Positions 59,483 to 62,564 of a stretch of DNA of 62,564 nt are shown one piece after another. The notes below the pieces were generated by a model, which made no database searches, had not been told where the DNA came from, and saw nothing but the letters and a program-made list of their open reading frames with translations. Both the position numbers and the translations under genes were made by a program. Position 1 is the first letter of the stretch, and the number at the start of each line of letters is the position of its first letter. The DNA comes from Thraustochytrium aureum (taxonomy: Eukaryota), in assembly GCA_012862495.1 (NCBI GenBank), contig BLSG01000084.1, positions 228,838 through 291,401 on the forward strand, written 5' to 3'.

Positions 59483-59547
59483 TGCGTTCATCAAGATGGG
59501 AAGAAAGACAAGTTACTTACTACAGCGCAGCCGCGCAGAGTAGTTGA

Positions 59548-62500
59548 TCAACGCGGCTCGGGGGACGGGGAGTGCTTCGTCCGTTTCCCCACCACGCGCT
59601 CCCCGACGTCGTTGCCGCTCTGTCTGCTCCCACTGCGACCCCGCTTCGCGTGAGCGCCACCGCGTGCCCCGCTACCAACCCCGCCCCTTGCGCGACTGTC
59701 CCTGGTGCCGCTGCGGTCTCGGCGCACGCGCACGTCGCGGCGTCTGCGACTGCGACTGCGACTGCGACGGCGCCGACGATAGTCGCGTTCGCTCGAGCTG
59801 CGCGACGGTGAGCGGCCGTCACTAGCGGCGCGACCAGAAGCAGCACCGCGACGGCTGTCCTTGCTCCTGCGACGTGAATGCCGACGACGGTCGTCCTTGG
59901 CCGAGGCGCCTCGCGTCCTCGTCCTGCGGCGGCTCTTTTCCGTGTTGGAGCTGCTCGAAGAGCGGCGTCTGCGCCGGCTCTCTCTGCCCGACTTTCTGGA
60001 GCGCGTCCAACCTCGGCCGCGATCGCCATGCGACGAAGCTGTGGACGGTGACGAAGACGACGACCTGGACGACGACCTGGATGAGGACGATGAGGATTTC
60101 GAGGAAGAGGAGGAGGAGGAGGAGGAGGAGACAGAGCCTGCGCTTCCCGATCTCGACCTCGATCTGGACCGGCTCCCTGACGATGACGAGGTCGAAGAAG
60201 AGCCCGACCTGGATCTCGACGACCTCGATCTCGATCTCGACCTAGAGCCAGACGAGGACGAAGACGACGACGAAGAAGAAGACGAGGAAGACGACGAGGA
60301 GGACCTGCTACGCGAGCCAGACCTCGACGCTGAGCCCGAGCGCGCCGACCCCGCAATTGGCGGTGGCGCAGCAGGGGCGCGAGGAGCCGTCTTTAGATGT
60401 TCGCGCAAGTCATCCGTGAGCGCGCCGAGTCCTATCGAAGTAAAAAAGTTGATCGAGAAGCGAGTGTTCCGCGGGTCGTCCTTTGGCATGAGGTTGACAA
60501 AGAGATGCGCAGCCGAGGGGTCCATGAACCGGTCCCGAAGCCTTGCGATGCCCATGTCTTTGGCGAGCTCCTGGCACAACACCATGACAAAAATGCGACT
60601 TGAAGCAGTCGTATCCGTCTCTGTGAGACGGATGTGCAAGAACACCGTCCATGGAAGCGCGTCCGTGTACAGAAGGTGAGCGAAGAGGCAGGCGATGTTT
60701 CGCAGCTTGTTGGTCTCCAGGCGGTGGATTGTGTCGTACTGCTGGGCAAAGGCCTCCGCAAAGGCGGCCTGGTACGCTCGAGAGAGCATGCAGAACCGCT
60801 GCGCAAGGAGACCGTGGTATTTTAGGAACGACTTTTCCTGGCTGCAGCACTCGATGATCATGTTGGCCACTTCCGACTCGAGACCAGGCTTGATGCCAAG
60901 CTTGAGCAACTTGTGCGCGGCCTCGTCGTGGGAAATAGACGACATGATCGTGAGGTAGATGGTCCTTCGCAGCTCGACAAGCTCGCCCTCAGAGACGTCG
61001 ATGATGGGCCCGGGCGCTGGCGGCTGTCCTGCGGCAGAGGCAGAGCCGAGCTGAGACAGGTTTTGCACACTGGGCCCTGAAGCCACCGCTTGGTCGTCCA
61101 TCTTGCGCCCCCTGGCAAGCGCCTCCTCCCTGGCGTCGGCGCCGGGGCCGGCATCGTCGGCTTCGCTGCCGCTGCTCGAGGAGCCGCCAGAGCTAGTCGT
61201 CGAGCTCGAGTCAGAGTCAGAGTCGCTGCCCGAATCTTGGAGACCGAGAATCTCCCCTTGGATCTCGGACCAGAGCTTTTCGTTTCGCCGGTACTCTGGG
61301 TCGACCTGAAACGTGTCAAGGCCATCCTGCGTATCGACTTTGTCATCAAGTTGCAGAGTGTGCGTGAACTGCATCTCTGGCTCGACGAGGTCTAGTTGAG
61401 GCTTCACGATGGCGGGGAAGCCCTCAAAGCCGGATTTGCGAACCATGAAGAGGTCCTCGATCAGGTACTGCACGCGCTTGCTGACTTGGCCCTCGTGCAG
61501 CAGGCTGCGAAACTGCTCGTAGCAAGAGTGCAGGCCCCTGGGGATCACCTCGCTCAAGTGCTGCCCAACCTGCTTGGTGAACTCCACCGCGAGCTCGATC
61601 GCGTCGTCTGTGGGGCGCTGAAAAAACAGCTGCAAGACCTGCAAGGCCAGGACCTCGTGCGCCACGAGCTGGTTTACCAGGTGCGCTATGAATCGCACCA
61701 GCGCGGTGGCCTCTGGCTTGTTCCGCTTCTGGAACGCTTGGCGGAAGCGTGCGACGACGCGCGTCAGCAGCAGTTCGCCGTTCTCGGGAAGCTTGGTGTT
61801 GACAACGGCTGCGACTGCCGCGTAGACCGCGGTGTACGTGGGGCTCGCCTGCTGGGCTTTAATGAGCGCCTTGGCCAGCAGCCCGCGCCCGCGCACCAGG
61901 TTGAACTCAAAGATGCCCGGGATCACCTCGGCAAAGTTGTTCACCGTGACGCGGTTGATCAGCCCGTGGATGCCTTTGCGCAGCCTCGCCCACGTGCGCT
62001 CTTGGTACTCGCGCCCGGACTTGTCCAGCTTGCGGCGCAGCGCCCGCTCTAGCTCCCGCCGCCGCTGTGGCGGGACGTAGTAGCCTTGCGCTTGCAGGCG
62101 CCTGCACCGCTCCAGCGGCGCGCTCAGGCGTGCACGTGGTGGGCTTGGCGATCGAGACCGCCGTCGCTCCTGAACGTCTTTCCTGTCCGCAGCCACCTTG
62201 GCGCTCTCCGCTGGCCCAACAACAACCTCGCCCACGATTTCGCGGGCCCCACGCCCTCGGCTTCGCGCGTCCTCGGCAGCAACGACACTTCCGCCGCTTT
62301 TGCCATCGCTAACGCCTCGGCGAGGGCGCTTCCCCCGCGAGGCGTCTGTGCCCTTCCCTGCCGAGCCCTTCCCAGAGCTCGCCGAGGACCGCGTGGACCG
62401 CGTCGAGCTCGACGAGCCCGAGGAGCTTGACCCGCTCGACGCCCCGGACGCGCTCGACCTGGACCTCGCCCCGCGCCCCCTGCGCTCGCCCTTCCCCTTG

Positions 62501-62564
62501 CCCTCCGACGCAGTGCTCCCTGCGCTCGCTCGCGTCGCGGCGGACGAGCTCGACGCGTCCGAGT
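59548..62564 (-). CDS. CWC22: Pre-mRNA splicing factor CWC22 (MIF4G + MA3, RS-rich termini); 5' end beyond the window
   Basis: YQERTW..LRKGIHGLINRV, NLVRGRGLL, LRRTIYLTIMSS, YDTIHRLETNKLRN and RNTRFSINFFTSIGLGALTDDLREHLK; frame stays open to the window edge. Confidence 0.96.
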   Translation of the reverse strand, partial: SDASSSSAATRASAGSTASEGKGKGERRGRGARSRSSASGASSGSSSSGSSSSTRSTRSSASSGKGSAGKGTDASRGKRPRRGVSDGKSGGSVVAAEDARSRGRGAREIVGEVVVGPAESAKVAADRKDVQERRRSRSPSPPRARLSAPLERCRRLQAQGYYVPPQRRRELERALRRKLDKSGREYQERTWARLRKGIHGLINRVTVNNFAEVIPGIFEFNLVRGRGLLAKALIKAQQASPTYTAVYAAVAAVVNTKLPENGELLLTRVVARFRQAFQKRNKPEATALVRFIAHLVNQLVAHEVLALQVLQLFFQRPTDDAIELAVEFTKQVGQHLSEVIPRGLHSCYEQFRSLLHEGQVSKRVQYLIEDLFMVRKSGFEGFPAIVKPQLDLVEPEMQFTHTLQLDDKVDTQDGLDTFQVDPEYRRNEKLWSEIQGEILGLQDSGSDSDSDSSSTTSSGGSSSSGSEADDAGPGADAREEALARGRKMDDQAVASGPSVQNLSQLGSASAAGQPPAPGPIIDVSEGELVELRRTIYLTIMSSISHDEAAHKLLKLGIKPGLESEVANMIIECCSQEKSFLKYHGLLAQRFCMLSRAYQAAFAEAFAQQYDTIHRLETNKLRNIACLFAHLLYTDALPWTVFLHIRLTETDTTASSRIFVMVLCQELAKDMGIARLRDRFMDPSAAHLFVNLMPKDDPRNTRFSINFFTSIGLGALTDDLREHLKTAPRAPAAPPPIAGSARSGSASRSGSRSRSSSSSSSSSSSSSSSSSSGSRSRSRSRSSRSRSGSSSTSSSSGSRSRSRSRSGSAGSVSSSSSSSSSSKSSSSSSRSSSRSSSSSPSTASSHGDRGRGWTRSRKSGRESRRRRRSSSSSNTEKSRRRTRTRGASAKDDRRRHSRRRSKDSRRGAASGRAASDGRSPSRSSSERDYRRRRRSRSRSRRRRDVRVRRDRSGTRDSRARGGVGSGARGGAHAKRGRSGSRQSGNDVGERVVGKRTKHSPSPEPR

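Noticed and set aside
59861..60679. Acidic Asp/Glu-rich ORF on the plus strand
   Set aside because: Antisense reading of the Ser/Arg-rich CWC22 tail.

Overview
GC-rich (~60-65% by eye), gene-dense eukaryotic nuclear scaffold with N-gaps and short GT-AG introns carrying CT(A/G)AC branch points. The gene content suggests a heterotrophic stramenopile such as a thraustochytrid, which is inference only. Recognisable genes: NSF, RPC9-like, BolA, a GARP/SHLQKYR MYB factor, a secreted multicopper oxidase, SUV3, a GT34 glycosyltransferase, aldose 1-epimerase, Nup210, prolidase, adenylosuccinate lyase, EIPR1/TSSC1 and CWC22. About 15 single-base frameshifts split otherwise intact genes and are most likely assembly indel errors. 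Once frameshifts and introns are read through, five unusual genes emerge. (1) A head-to-head pair of signal-peptide + degenerate AdoMetDC-like + aminopropyltransferase + VHL-beta-like fusions, resembling the fusions proposed to make long-chain polyamines in diatoms. (2) A ~1350-aa secreted phage-tail-fibre-like protein with a C-terminal S74 autocleaving chaperone. (3) An LRR + atypical kinase + RING + Rcat-like fusion whose LRRs each sit on an exact 84-nt phase-2 exon and are essentially missed by the ORF track. (4) A TIR/HET-like + TPR protein. (5) A membrane-anchored protein with ten Trp-rich amphipathic repeats. No rRNA, tRNA, CRISPR array or transposase was recognised.
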